Both the position numbers and the translations under genes were made by a program. A stretch of DNA of 64,000 bases from assembly GCA_039815185.1 (NCBI GenBank), contig JBCBZT010000003.1, positions 96,001 to 160,000 of the forward strand. Reading direction: 5' to 3'. Position 1 is the stretch's first letter. Every line of letters begins with the position of its first letter. Below are positions 18,549 to 27,635 of the stretch, piece by piece. Origin of the DNA: Cyanobacteria bacterium P01_A01_bin.123. GTDB taxonomy: Bacteria > Cyanobacteriota > Cyanobacteriia > Phormidesmidales > Phormidesmidaceae. The notes beneath the pieces were generated by a model. It was not told the DNA's origin, did not search any database, and saw nothing but the letters and a program-made list of their open reading frames with translations.

Positions 18549-19305
18549 ACTCAAAGCGCTAATTTTTGATGTGGATGGCACCCTGGCCGATACAGAGCGC
18601 GACGGACACCGGATAGCCTTTAATCGAGCCTTTGCGGCGGCAGGTCTGAGCTGGCATTGGTCGGTGGGGCTTTATGGCAATCTCTTGAAGATCTCTGGGG
18701 GAAAAGAACGGATCCGTTACTTCATTCATGCCTACCAGGCTAAGGTTGAGCCCCAGCATTATTCAGACGCCTTGATTGCCAAGCTCCATCTCGCTAAAAC
18801 CGAGCATTATCGCGACTTATTAGCCGAAGCCGTCATTCCCCTTAGACCAGGGGTAGAAAGACTCCTACGCCAAGCGCGACAGGTCGGGATACGTTTGGCG
18901 ATCGCGACCACCAGCCGATTTGAAAACGCCATCGCTCTACTCGAAACCACGCTAGGCCCAGACAGCCCGAACTGGTTTGAGGTGATTGCTGCCGGTGACA
19001 TCGTACCCCACAAAAAGCCTGCCCCTGATATCTACGACTACGTGCTTGAGAAGTTAGACCTTGCTGCGAAACACTGTCTCGTATTTGAAGATACTGAACA
19101 TGGGTTGATGGCAGCGACCCAGTCGGGTTTGAAAACCGTTGTTACCGTCAATGACTACACTCAGCATCAAGATTTTTCAGCAGCGACCCTGGTGTTGAGC
19201 CATTTGGGAGAACCGAATCAGCCGTTTACTTTGATTGCGGGTAATCCAGGCTACTGCCCTTACTCCTTCGATATTTCTTTTGCTCAAGCCTTGCTGAAGG
19301 CTTAA
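18541..19305 (+). CDS. cbbY: HAD-IA hydrolase, CbbY-like
   Basis: 'FDVDGTLADTERDGHRIAFN', 'GGKER', 'KKPAPDIY', 'FEDT'; overlaps the upstream HAD gene by 8 bp. Confidence 0.75.
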   Translation: MAELKALIFDVDGTLADTERDGHRIAFNRAFAAAGLSWHWSVGLYGNLLKISGGKERIRYFIHAYQAKVEPQHYSDALIAKLHLAKTEHYRDLLAEAVIPLRPGVERLLRQARQVGIRLAIATTSRFENAIALLETTLGPDSPNWFEVIAAGDIVPHKKPAPDIYDYVLEKLDLAAKHCLVFEDTEHGLMAATQSGLKTVVTVNDYTQHQDFSAATLVLSHLGEPNQPFTLIAGNPGYCPYSFDISFAQALLKA

Positions 19306-19473
19306 ATCACGTCTAGCTCAAGATATGGCGTGTTCCCACAAGCAAAACTCATTTCTGGATGTGGAAACAGTTTAGTGGCGCGAAGATTCTCATTGTTTGG
19401 GAGGATACGTAATTTCCTAAAATACCCTTGTAGAGGGTCTAAGTTACCATTCGTTTCTTCTTCAAGGTCAGGT

Positions 19474-20307
19474 ATGAGTACTACCAACCCAGATACGCCC
19501 CCTCCAGCTGCTAACGCCAAGCGTTACGCTCTCAAAGAACTCAAAGCCTTCGAGCGATCGCCCTTCCAAGGGGTATGGCCCCACCTTGATAAGCAAGAAA
19601 TTTTAGAAGACATGCGATCGCGATTGCACAATCCCTTCAATGTCAATCAAGGGCAACAGCCGTTTTGTGGCCCCGCATCGATTTTGTTTGAGTTGGTGCG
19701 GAAACAGCCCCTGCGTTACGTGCAAATGTGCCGCAAACTGTTTGAGATGGGTGGGTTTCAAGCCAAAACTGAGTGGATTCAAACCTCGGAAGCCCTGCGC
19801 CAAGCTAGCCAGGGCAATCTACGCATGGGGCAAGCTGACTGGATGGTGCTCTCAACCCTGCGAGAATCAGAAAACCGCATTTTCCCAGTGGAGCCCAACG
19901 CCCCAGAGGTGGTGCGCAACTTGGCAGGCATGACTAAATCTTGGGAAATGAAAGGTTGGATACGGGAAATTTTAGGGTACGACAATGTGACCTATCGCCA
20001 TACCTATCTACTAGGCGATCTTTCGGCGATGAAACAAGCCCAAGCCGCCATTGACGCTGGCGGTGTTGCCTTTGGGTTGATTACGGCTGAGGGCATGCTC
20101 AACGATACCCAGAAGCCTTCCTTGGCTTTGCCCAATCACTGGATTGTGCTGCTGGGTGATGTTGAGATTACCAAGGGCACTTTCGGTCGCCACGATAGCG
20201 GCAGCATTAGCTTTGACCTCTACACCTGGGCACAAAAGCGGCATATTGAGATGGCCGAAGGCCCCTTTGAAGATAACTTCTGGGGCGTTGTCATCGGCCA
20301 ACCCTAG
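19474..20307 (+). CDS. Hypothetical protein with papain-like Cys/His motifs
   Basis: 'NQGQQPFCGPASI' and 'PNHWIVL'. ATG 19474 preferred over GTG 19330. Confidence 0.6.
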   Translation: MSTTNPDTPPPAANAKRYALKELKAFERSPFQGVWPHLDKQEILEDMRSRLHNPFNVNQGQQPFCGPASILFELVRKQPLRYVQMCRKLFEMGGFQAKTEWIQTSEALRQASQGNLRMGQADWMVLSTLRESENRIFPVEPNAPEVVRNLAGMTKSWEMKGWIREILGYDNVTYRHTYLLGDLSAMKQAQAAIDAGGVAFGLITAEGMLNDTQKPSLALPNHWIVLLGDVEITKGTFGRHDSGSISFDLYTWAQKRHIEMAEGPFEDNFWGVVIGQP

Positions 20308-21635
20308 CGTCTGGTTAGCGACCCCCAGAGTTGTTGCCACCAAGGGATTGGGTCGCCCTCAACATTGGGAAGCTTGTCGCGGATGTCGTTGATATCCCAG
20401 CCGGTGAGTCGGGCCAGGGTTTGGGCTTCCTGCTCAAAGCGATCGGGGAGCGACTGTTTGTAGTCTTCGGCAACGGGGCAAGTGGCTTCCCCCTCATAGG
20501 GATGGCGTAGGATATAGCGCCCTTGAAACAGTTGGTTATTGGCCGTTTCTTGAAACATTAGATCTTCAGGAAATTTGTCGCGGGTATAGCGCACATGCAG
20601 ACGGGTGATGAAGACGTTGGTGTTAAACTGATTCGGATTCACCCAAAAGACGCCCGCTTTTCGCAGTTCTTCTGGAGATAGGGGATCAGCTGAACAGGGG
20701 TCGCAGCCAGCCATATTCCAGGCATATTCCAAAAAGGCAACATTGCGACCTTCGCGGTCGTAGCTGGTTTGGAACATGTCGCGGTAGAAGTCGCTAAACT
20801 CGTTTTTGACAAAAACTGGAATTTCCGCATCAGAGGGAATATTCACCTCGCGGTAGTTCGTTAGCTCTGCTTGACCGCCGGGCGTCATTAAATATACCAC
20901 TAGGTCTTGAGCGTCCTGAGCGTTGATCATCCCCAGGCGAATCGGCAGCATGAACCGGGAAGATTCGTAGGCGATTTGCAGGGGACGCAGCTTTTGAGTG
21001 TTGCCTTGATCAAATTCTTCGAGATTCACCTTGGCGACGAAAAATTTCATGCCCTGGCGAATGTAGGGGCGCAGCAGTTCACTGGCCCCATCGGGAATGC
21101 GATAGTTGTTTTCGCGCAGCCAGGTTTCTAACCCGTCGGACTCTCGTGCACTGAGAATCAAAATATCGTATTCTCCAACGGAAAACTGCGATTCCACAGT
21201 CACGCCTAGCGCTGCGTCACGTCTCCCACGGGACTGATTCACCGCACCATCTTCGAGCGTGCTGGTAGGCAGAGGTGCGTAAACCACCGGGGGTTGGCAG
21301 GGGTCGGGGTCGAAATATTCCACCAGGCGGGGGGCGCTAAAACTGTCGAGTCGTTCAATGATGGCTGGATCGCCCACATTCACTTGGTCTTCTTGAATCA
21401 CCGTGGGCACGGGCACTACCATGGCAAAGTCGGCCACCTCACCCTGATAATCGTTGGCCATGGTCAATACAGTGCGATTGCCATTACGCGCGATCGCCAC
21501 CTGAGAGGCTTGGTTATACAAGCTGGTGTCGGCTCTAGCTACATAAAAGCCGCAGAAGGCCCAAGCTGCCGGAGCGAGGCAAAAGAGTGCGATCGCGCCC
21601 ACAAGTCCAATTACAAGTAATTTCAAACGAGTCAT
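20304..21635 (-). CDS. Secreted DUF2330-domain protein (paralog 2)
   Basis: Signal peptide then 'AFCGFYV', 'FSAPRLVEY', 'MKFFVAKVN', 'CDPC', 'TRLHVRY'. Confidence 0.85.
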   Translation of the reverse strand: MTRLKLLVIGLVGAIALFCLAPAAWAFCGFYVARADTSLYNQASQVAIARNGNRTVLTMANDYQGEVADFAMVVPVPTVIQEDQVNVGDPAIIERLDSFSAPRLVEYFDPDPCQPPVVYAPLPTSTLEDGAVNQSRGRRDAALGVTVESQFSVGEYDILILSARESDGLETWLRENNYRIPDGASELLRPYIRQGMKFFVAKVNLEEFDQGNTQKLRPLQIAYESSRFMLPIRLGMINAQDAQDLVVYLMTPGGQAELTNYREVNIPSDAEIPVFVKNEFSDFYRDMFQTSYDREGRNVAFLEYAWNMAGCDPCSADPLSPEELRKAGVFWVNPNQFNTNVFITRLHVRYTRDKFPEDLMFQETANNQLFQGRYILRHPYEGEATCPVAEDYKQSLPDRFEQEAQTLARLTGWDINDIRDKLPNVEGDPIPWWQQLWGSLTRR

Positions 21636-21695
21636 AATCAATCTTTGAATTCAGTCAATTGAAACGTTCTCAAGTCCGCGTTGGATAGCATCGGT

Positions 21696-23141
21696 TTAAT
21701 TCCGCGCTGGATACCGCGATCTCCAGAAAGAGATGTGAGGCTGGGGTACCTCTTCGGTAATCCGGTAGCGAATATCGTTGATATCCCATCCGGTGAGTCG
21801 AGCCAGATTTTGAGATTCTTGTTCAAACCGATTGGGTAAGACTTCTTCGACGTAGTGGAAATATTCGTCACGAATTAATTGCCGCAAGTTGTCATTTGCC
21901 CACTGCTCTTCTAGATACTCAATGTTGGCCGCAGACGGTTCACCATAACCCGCGTTGCCTATGATTTCTTCAAACCGCTCATTGCATTTTGCATTACCCG
22001 TAAACGGATGATTTAAGACATAGCGACCCTGGAAAAAGCGGCGATTATTGGTGGTCTGAAAGATCAAATCTTCGGGAAATTTGTCACGGGTATAGCGCAC
22101 GTGCAGTCGCGTGACAAACACATTGGTGTCCGTTTGGGGTGAGATCCAAAACACGCCAGCCTGACGCAGTTCGTCGTAATTAAGCGGGTCAGCCGCGCAG
22201 GGATCACACCCGCGCATATCCCAGGCATACTCTAAAAAAGCGACATTGCGACCCGCTTGCTCGTAGCTGCGCTGGAACATGGTGTTGTAAAAATTGCCGA
22301 ACTCATCTTTGATAAACAGGGGAATTTGTTCATTGGAGGGAACTTCTACCGTGCGATAGTTGGTCAATTCTGCTTCACCGTTGGGGGTCATCAAATACAC
22401 AATCAAATCTTGCTCTGTCTCGGCATTCACCATGCCCAAACGAATTGGCAGCATAAATCGAGGTGACTCGTAGGCAATCTGGATCGGACGCAAATTTTGA
22501 AATCCGCTGCGATCAAATTCCCCTAGGTTCACTCGGGCTACAAAGAACTTCATGCCTTGGCGAATATAGGGTTGTAGTACTTCATTTGCCCCCATGGGAA
22601 TGCGATAGTCATTTTGCCTAAGCCAGGTTTCGAGGCCACTAGACTCTTCGGCACTGAGAATAACAATGTCGTACTCACCGACAGTAAATTGGGCCTCAAT
22701 GGCAACCCCTAAGGCATCATCACCTCGGTTTACGCCTGCTTCTGCTCGGTCTTCTGAAACGATTCCAGCACTGCCCCGCGACTCATATAAATACAAGTAC
22801 CTACAAGGATCTTCGTCAAAATATTCCACCAGCCGGGGGGCACTAAATCCATCCAACCGTTCCATAATCCCAGGGTTGGCCACATTCACCTGATCGGCTT
22901 GAATTACTGTTGGTACAGGGATCACCATGGCAAAGTCGGCCACCTCACCCTGGTAGTCATTAGCCATGGTTAATACAGTGCGGTTACCATCTCGGGCGAT
23001 CGCGACTTGAGAAGCCCGATTGTACAAACTGGTGTCTGCTCGCGCGACATAAAAGCCGCAAAAGGCCCAAGCGTTTGGAGCAAACCAAAACAGAGTCACC
23101 ACAGCGGTGAACAGGATACAAAGATTGCGGAGTGGTTTCAT
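21696..23141 (-). CDS. Secreted DUF2330-domain protein (paralog 1)
   Basis: Same motifs as 20304..21635, plus an extra block of about 35-40 aa near the C-terminus; ATG 23141. Confidence 0.85.
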   Translation of the reverse strand: MKPLRNLCILFTAVVTLFWFAPNAWAFCGFYVARADTSLYNRASQVAIARDGNRTVLTMANDYQGEVADFAMVIPVPTVIQADQVNVANPGIMERLDGFSAPRLVEYFDEDPCRYLYLYESRGSAGIVSEDRAEAGVNRGDDALGVAIEAQFTVGEYDIVILSAEESSGLETWLRQNDYRIPMGANEVLQPYIRQGMKFFVARVNLGEFDRSGFQNLRPIQIAYESPRFMLPIRLGMVNAETEQDLIVYLMTPNGEAELTNYRTVEVPSNEQIPLFIKDEFGNFYNTMFQRSYEQAGRNVAFLEYAWDMRGCDPCAADPLNYDELRQAGVFWISPQTDTNVFVTRLHVRYTRDKFPEDLIFQTTNNRRFFQGRYVLNHPFTGNAKCNERFEEIIGNAGYGEPSAANIEYLEEQWANDNLRQLIRDEYFHYVEEVLPNRFEQESQNLARLTGWDINDIRYRITEEVPQPHISFWRSRYPARN

Positions 23142-23358
23142 CTGAAGAGTTCTGAACTTGAAAAGGCAGGGGAATAGGGGCAGGGAGAGCAAGGGTTAGA
23201 GGGAGCCAAGGACAGCTCATCCCACAGCCCAATCCCCGTTTGCAAATTGAAGAGGAAAGGAACTCAAGATAGCCCCAGGGAAAGTGGAACGCTCAAGGAT
23301 CTGCTGTCATGATCCCAGGTGTGCAATTGGAGCCTTTCCCATACCTTGAGTTCCAAAC

Positions 23359-24294
23359 TTAATTCACAGCTGCTGTCTGTGATCCAGCTAGTAAAGGCGG
23401 CTGTACTGCAACTGGTTTGCGCCAGAAGAAGCGCTGCTCAACCCAAAGTTTGTCTAACACGATGGTCAATGGGGCGAGCAAGAACAGCGCCCAAAAGACG
23501 GCTGTAGACAAGTAGAAATAGTTGCGCAAGATAAAGGTGAGGAGCGCGATCGCGCTGGACCAAATCAACCGCGCCGGGCGGGCATTGGGAATCGACCGGG
23601 GGTCGGTGACCATGAATAGGGCAAACATCAGCAGCGAACCGCTCATCATCCGGTGTGCCCAAACATCCCAAGTCCAGCCTAGCCAGAGGTTACGGGCAGC
23701 TTCCATGGCAGCGTAGGTAGCCAGGAACATCACGGTTGTATCCCAACGGCCTACGCGCTTCAGCACAACGCCCCCTGCACCCAGGAAAATCAGGCCATAC
23801 CAAACTTCTTCACCCCACTGCCCTGGCGATACCCAAGCATCTTGGGTGAGCAGCAGCACAGCGATGATGCCAAAGTTGGCCGGGTTAAAGAAATGCTTGT
23901 CGTGGGTTTTAAGAAAAAACTTACTGGCGATCGCGAGAGAAGCAGCTAGTGCCATGGTGGGTATGTGATCAACACGCAGCAGCAGGCTGAGGCCGAGGGC
24001 GGTGATTAAGGGGCTGCGCCAGTTGAGAGTCTTTAGAGGGGAGGAGAGAGGCGGCGATGGGGGGATGGGGGGATAGGGAGATGGGGAGGTGAGGTTTTCA
24101 CCTCTGTCCCCTAACGCCTGACGCTTGACGCTTTGCCAATGCATGGCCAGGGTTAAAACGGTTTGGGTCAATAAACAGGTGGCGATCGCGACGCCGACGA
24201 CTTCAGGGCGTAGTGACCAGTCTCGTAAGGCTATCCCCAAGACTAAAAACAGCCCTAGGGCTAAAATCTGATAATCTCTCGCATCTCTCAACAC
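23359..24294 (-). CDS. RnfD/NqrB-like polytopic membrane protein (stand-alone)
   Basis: Motifs 'SKF...HFFNPANF' and 'FMVTDPRSIP'; many TM segments; AAGGAG upstream. No [S/T]GAT flavinylation motif visible. Confidence 0.75.
   Translation of the reverse strand: MLRDARDYQILALGLFLVLGIALRDWSLRPEVVGVAIATCLLTQTVLTLAMHWQSVKRQALGDRGENLTSPSPYPPIPPSPPLSSPLKTLNWRSPLITALGLSLLLRVDHIPTMALAASLAIASKFFLKTHDKHFFNPANFGIIAVLLLTQDAWVSPGQWGEEVWYGLIFLGAGGVVLKRVGRWDTTVMFLATYAAMEAARNLWLGWTWDVWAHRMMSGSLLMFALFMVTDPRSIPNARPARLIWSSAIALLTFILRNYFYLSTAVFWALFLLAPLTIVLDKLWVEQRFFWRKPVAVQPPLLAGSQTAAVN
24036..24094. repeat. Degenerate 8-bp tandem repeat (GATGGGGG-like) inside the RnfD-like CDS
   Basis: GATGGGGG GATGGGGG GATAGGGA GATGGGGA at 24056-24087; encodes SPSPYPPIPPSPPLSSP on the minus strand. 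Confidence 0.8.
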
Positions 24295-24520
24295 AGCGCA
24301 TCTCCTTTAACCAACACTTGAACAACACAGGTTGCCGTCAGTATGGCGTTTCTACGGAGGCGATCGCAGTTGGTTTCAGGTTCTGTAACGCGCGTCGTCA
24401 AGAAGTTTACATTTCCCGATTTCCGGTGCTCAGACTTGCTTCTTAGTGCCCAGGTCTGCCTATGGAAAGGCTTTGGCTTCTGAGCTGCCATACTTGTTAA
24501 TCAAATCGATACTCAACATT

Positions 24521-24556
24521 GCCCATGACTCCGCCCATGACTCCGCCCATGACTCC
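24521..24556 (+). repeat. Perfect 12-bp tandem repeat x3 (GCCCATGACTCC)
   Basis: Read directly; each unit contains an in-frame ATG (24525, 24537, 24549). Confidence 0.95.
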
Positions 24557-25745
24557 GTTGGATCTCCTCATTACCCACGCCACTTTACCTACTGGAGAAA
24601 TTGCTGCGGTTGGCATTAGAAATGGGAAAATTGCGCTGATTGAAACAGGCGATCGCACCCTGCCCCCTGCTGCAGAAACCTTAGACATCAATCAACAACT
24701 GCTGTGCCCAGGGTTCATAGACGGACACATTCACCTCGACAAAACCCTGATGGGGGCTGAGTGGATTCCCCATATTGCTGGCGATACGGTGCGCGAACGG
24801 ATTGCGATTGAGAAAAAAGTCCTCAGCCAAGTTGCTGTGCCAATGGAACAGCGAGCAGCAGCGTTGATCGAACAGGTCATTCGCCAAGGCTCGACTACGG
24901 TGAGAACCCATGTGGATGTTGATCCTGAACTAGGGTTGCGTCGTTTGCATACTTTGCTGAAGCTCAGGGAGCACTATGCTGACAGACTGTCGATACAAAT
25001 TGTGGCCTTTCCCCAAAGCGGTGTGATGACTTGCCCAGGCACATTGGATTTACTAGATCAAGCCATTCAAGCTGGGGCAGATTTGGTCGGTGGCCTAGAC
25101 CCAGCAGGGATTGATAATGACATTACAGGCCAATTAGACGGTTTGTTTACCATTGCCCACCGCCATGGTGTGGGAATTGATATTCACCTGCATGACCCAG
25201 CAGAGCTAGGCATCTATCAGCTCCAGCAGATTGCCCAACGGACTAAGGCGCTAGCTCTATCAGGACGGGTGACTGTGAGCCATGCCTATGCGTTGGGTAT
25301 GGTTAATGCTGATTTAGCCAAAAACACTGCCGAAACCCTGGCCGATGCCGGGGTGTCCATTTTAACCAATGCCCCTGGGAATCAAGCATTTCCGCCCATT
25401 CAAATCCTGCGGGATGCAGGCGTGACTGTGTTCGCAGGCTCAGACAATATTCGCGATGCTTGGTGGCCTTTTGGCGATGGTGACATGTTGGAGCGAGCCA
25501 TGATTATTGCCTATCGATCGAGCTTTTGCACCGATAAGCTGCTGCGGATACCGTTTGAGATGGCAACTCAGGCTGGTGCGGAGGCGTTAGGCATGCAGAA
25601 TTATGGCTTGCAGGTAGAGGCTCCGGCTGATTTCGTCGTGCTCAAGGCAATGACTGTCGCCGAAGCTGTTGTGAGTCGGCCACAACGGAGTTTTGTGATT
25701 AAGCGAGGGCATATTGTTGCCCAGGCAAACTCAATGGGGGGGTGA
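24525..25745 (+). CDS. Amidohydrolase, cytosine/creatinine deaminase-like
   Basis: 'PGFIDGHIHLDK', 'RTHVDVD', 'VAFPQSG', 'DIHLHD', 'GSDNIRD'. Confidence 0.88.
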   Translation: MTPPMTPPMTPLDLLITHATLPTGEIAAVGIRNGKIALIETGDRTLPPAAETLDINQQLLCPGFIDGHIHLDKTLMGAEWIPHIAGDTVRERIAIEKKVLSQVAVPMEQRAAALIEQVIRQGSTTVRTHVDVDPELGLRRLHTLLKLREHYADRLSIQIVAFPQSGVMTCPGTLDLLDQAIQAGADLVGGLDPAGIDNDITGQLDGLFTIAHRHGVGIDIHLHDPAELGIYQLQQIAQRTKALALSGRVTVSHAYALGMVNADLAKNTAETLADAGVSILTNAPGNQAFPPIQILRDAGVTVFAGSDNIRDAWWPFGDGDMLERAMIIAYRSSFCTDKLLRIPFEMATQAGAEALGMQNYGLQVEAPADFVVLKAMTVAEAVVSRPQRSFVIKRGHIVAQANSMGG

Positions 25746-25793
25746 GCAGCGTGACCTAACTTGATGTGATAAACGCGCTTAGAGTAACAGAGA

Positions 25794-26237
25794 TTAGGCA
25801 CTTTGAACGCTGAGTATGGGTAGCAATAATCGTGCTCTTTCTTGTCCGATCTTGGCTGAAGGAGAAGGTGACTGGCGAACAGGATGCACCGACCACTGGG
25901 CTGGGTTCCAGCTACTTTCCAGCCAGGTATGACCATCAAACACCACGGCTTCTTGTCCTCGACAACTTAGACTGAACAGGGCGGCTGATTCACTGCTAGA
26001 ACCGGAGAATAAGGCTCCGGTGAAGTCAAGGCTGCATTGTCCGTAGACTTGATCGAACGCTAAGATTTTGTTCGTCGTGTGGCTCACGTACTGCGCGTTT
26101 AAGTTCTTCAGGTTGAACACGACATCAGGTTTTTGGGTGCAATATTCCCCCTCTACAGAGCCTGAAATGATACCGAATTGAAACGTGTAGGAAAATTCGA
26201 GGCGTTCTGTGCGAAGTCGTTTGGACAGGTTAATCAT
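25794..26237 (-). CDS. Hypothetical protein
   Basis: 147-aa ATG-started ORF filling the gap between genes; no recognised motif. Confidence 0.6.
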   Translation of the reverse strand: MINLSKRLRTERLEFSYTFQFGIISGSVEGEYCTQKPDVVFNLKNLNAQYVSHTTNKILAFDQVYGQCSLDFTGALFSGSSSESAALFSLSCRGQEAVVFDGHTWLESSWNPAQWSVHPVRQSPSPSAKIGQERARLLLPILSVQSA

Positions 26238-26419
26238 GGGGCAAAAGGGGGAACACTAAGGCACTCAAGGGGACATACACTCCTGATGCTACTCATCGGT
26301 GATGTCAGCAGAAGGTAATCGTGCGCACTCTTCATTCCCCCTTGATTGCTCCAGGGGTTAGTTAATAGGAAGTTAATGAAAATCGGCGGAAGATGTAACG
26401 AACCGCTTAATATACTGCC

Positions 26420-27244
26420 CTATAAGGTTTCAAACAACTGCGGCCAATTCACCTCGGCAGGTCGCTGCCCTTGATTCACGATTTCAAAGGTCTGGTTAAT
26501 CGTTTGGAGGCAAGTCAAGCATTCGACACAAGCAGCGGCTACATCGATCCGGCTGGTTTGGCCGTTGAGGGTGTCGCCCGTGCCCAGGGTGATACCCAGT
26601 TGCCCGTCGGTTTTAGATTTCAGCAGAGTATTCAAGTCGTAAGACGTGTAGGGGCCATCAATCAACCGCGCCGGACGAATGATTGTATGGGGTAGGCCGG
26701 ATTCGCGAATCGCCTTTTCTCCTTGAGCTTTAGCATTAAGAACCCCAAAGCTATTGAGCAGATTGAAAGGGAATTGATCTTTGCGCAAGATGCCACAAGA
26801 AGACACAAACACGAAGCGAGTTAAGGTTTTTGGAGCCGCATTGACCAGATTGCGAATGCCGTCCGCATCGACAATTTGTGGGCTGTTTTGAGCCATGCGA
26901 TCGCGATAGTCACCATCGGATAAGAGTTTGAGCCATTCAAATGCACCAAATACACCTTGATGTTCTGGGGCACTTTGAAACTGCCAGCGGCTTGAGGGAA
27001 AAGCCGTGGTACCAGTGGCCGCGATAATGGTGCTGATCCCGTCTACTGCTGAGGTCAACGTCTCCGGTTGACGAATATCCCCCAGGGCAATCTCAATGCG
27101 ATCGCCAAAGCACTCCCTCGCCTTAGCCCCATCCCTTACCAAGACGCGGACTGGATAATTTGCGCTCAAGAGTTTGGCAACCACCAATTGGCCAACGCCA
27201 CCTGTAGCGCCAGCAACCAAAATACGTATCGTTTCAGGATTCAT
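26420..27244 (-). CDS. NAD(P)-binding atypical SDR oxidoreductase
   Basis: 'ILVAGATGGVG', 'FVFVSS', 'TIIRP', 'SRIDVA'. Confidence 0.88.
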   Translation of the reverse strand: MNPETIRILVAGATGGVGQLVVAKLLSANYPVRVLVRDGAKARECFGDRIEIALGDIRQPETLTSAVDGISTIIAATGTTAFPSSRWQFQSAPEHQGVFGAFEWLKLLSDGDYRDRMAQNSPQIVDADGIRNLVNAAPKTLTRFVFVSSCGILRKDQFPFNLLNSFGVLNAKAQGEKAIRESGLPHTIIRPARLIDGPYTSYDLNTLLKSKTDGQLGITLGTGDTLNGQTSRIDVAAACVECLTCLQTINQTFEIVNQGQRPAEVNWPQLFETL

Positions 27245-27277
27245 CTTGTGTGATTTGCGGCTAATGATCAAAGCGTG

Positions 27278-27305
27278 TTCAGACTCCTGAATTCAGGAGT
27301 CTGAA
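27278..27305. repeat. Perfect 28-bp spacerless palindrome
   Basis: TTCAGACTCCTGAATTCAGGAGTCTGAA is identical to its reverse complement. Confidence 0.95.
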
Positions 27306-27383
27306 TATTCTGCGAGTAAGGCATGCCTAACCCTAGAATAATCTTCTCCTAACTCCTCCTTGCCAAACTCTCCCATTCGGAGC

Positions 27384-27572
27384 TCAGGAAACCGTAGAAC
27401 TCGGGATTGCGATCTGCGTGGTCAAAATATGCAATTGCATCCGGGGTTGCCAATCTCGCTGACGCACCCAACAGCGATCGCCGCTGCAATGTACGACCAA
27501 AAAATCGGGCCAATCCTCTGGCTGTCCCTTCAGCCGCACGAAGGCCCCCGGACGGATCACTAGCGATGGCAT
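27384..27572 (-). CDS. Small hypothetical protein (62 aa)
   Basis: ATG 27572 preceded by GAGAGGTG; 'PGAFVRLKGQPEDWPDF...CWVRQ' looks like a small beta-barrel. Confidence 0.6.
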   Translation of the reverse strand: MPSLVIRPGAFVRLKGQPEDWPDFLVVHCSGDRCWVRQRDWQPRMQLHILTTQIAIPSSTVS

Positions 27573-27590
27573 GACCACACCTCTCAAGAG

Positions 27591-27635
27591 AAGAAAAAGT
27601 GTTCGCAGCCCAAACCGGGCTTAAACTGCGAACAC
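27591..27635 (-). terminator. Rho-independent terminator
   Basis: 10-bp perfect stem GTGTTCGCAG (27599-27608) / CTGCGAACAC (27626-27635), followed on the minus strand by TTTTTCTT. Confidence 0.75.

Noticed and set aside
20304..20307. Convergent genes sharing overlapping stop codons in CTAG (also 41880-41883)
   Set aside because: A common compact arrangement that does not by itself imply a functional link.
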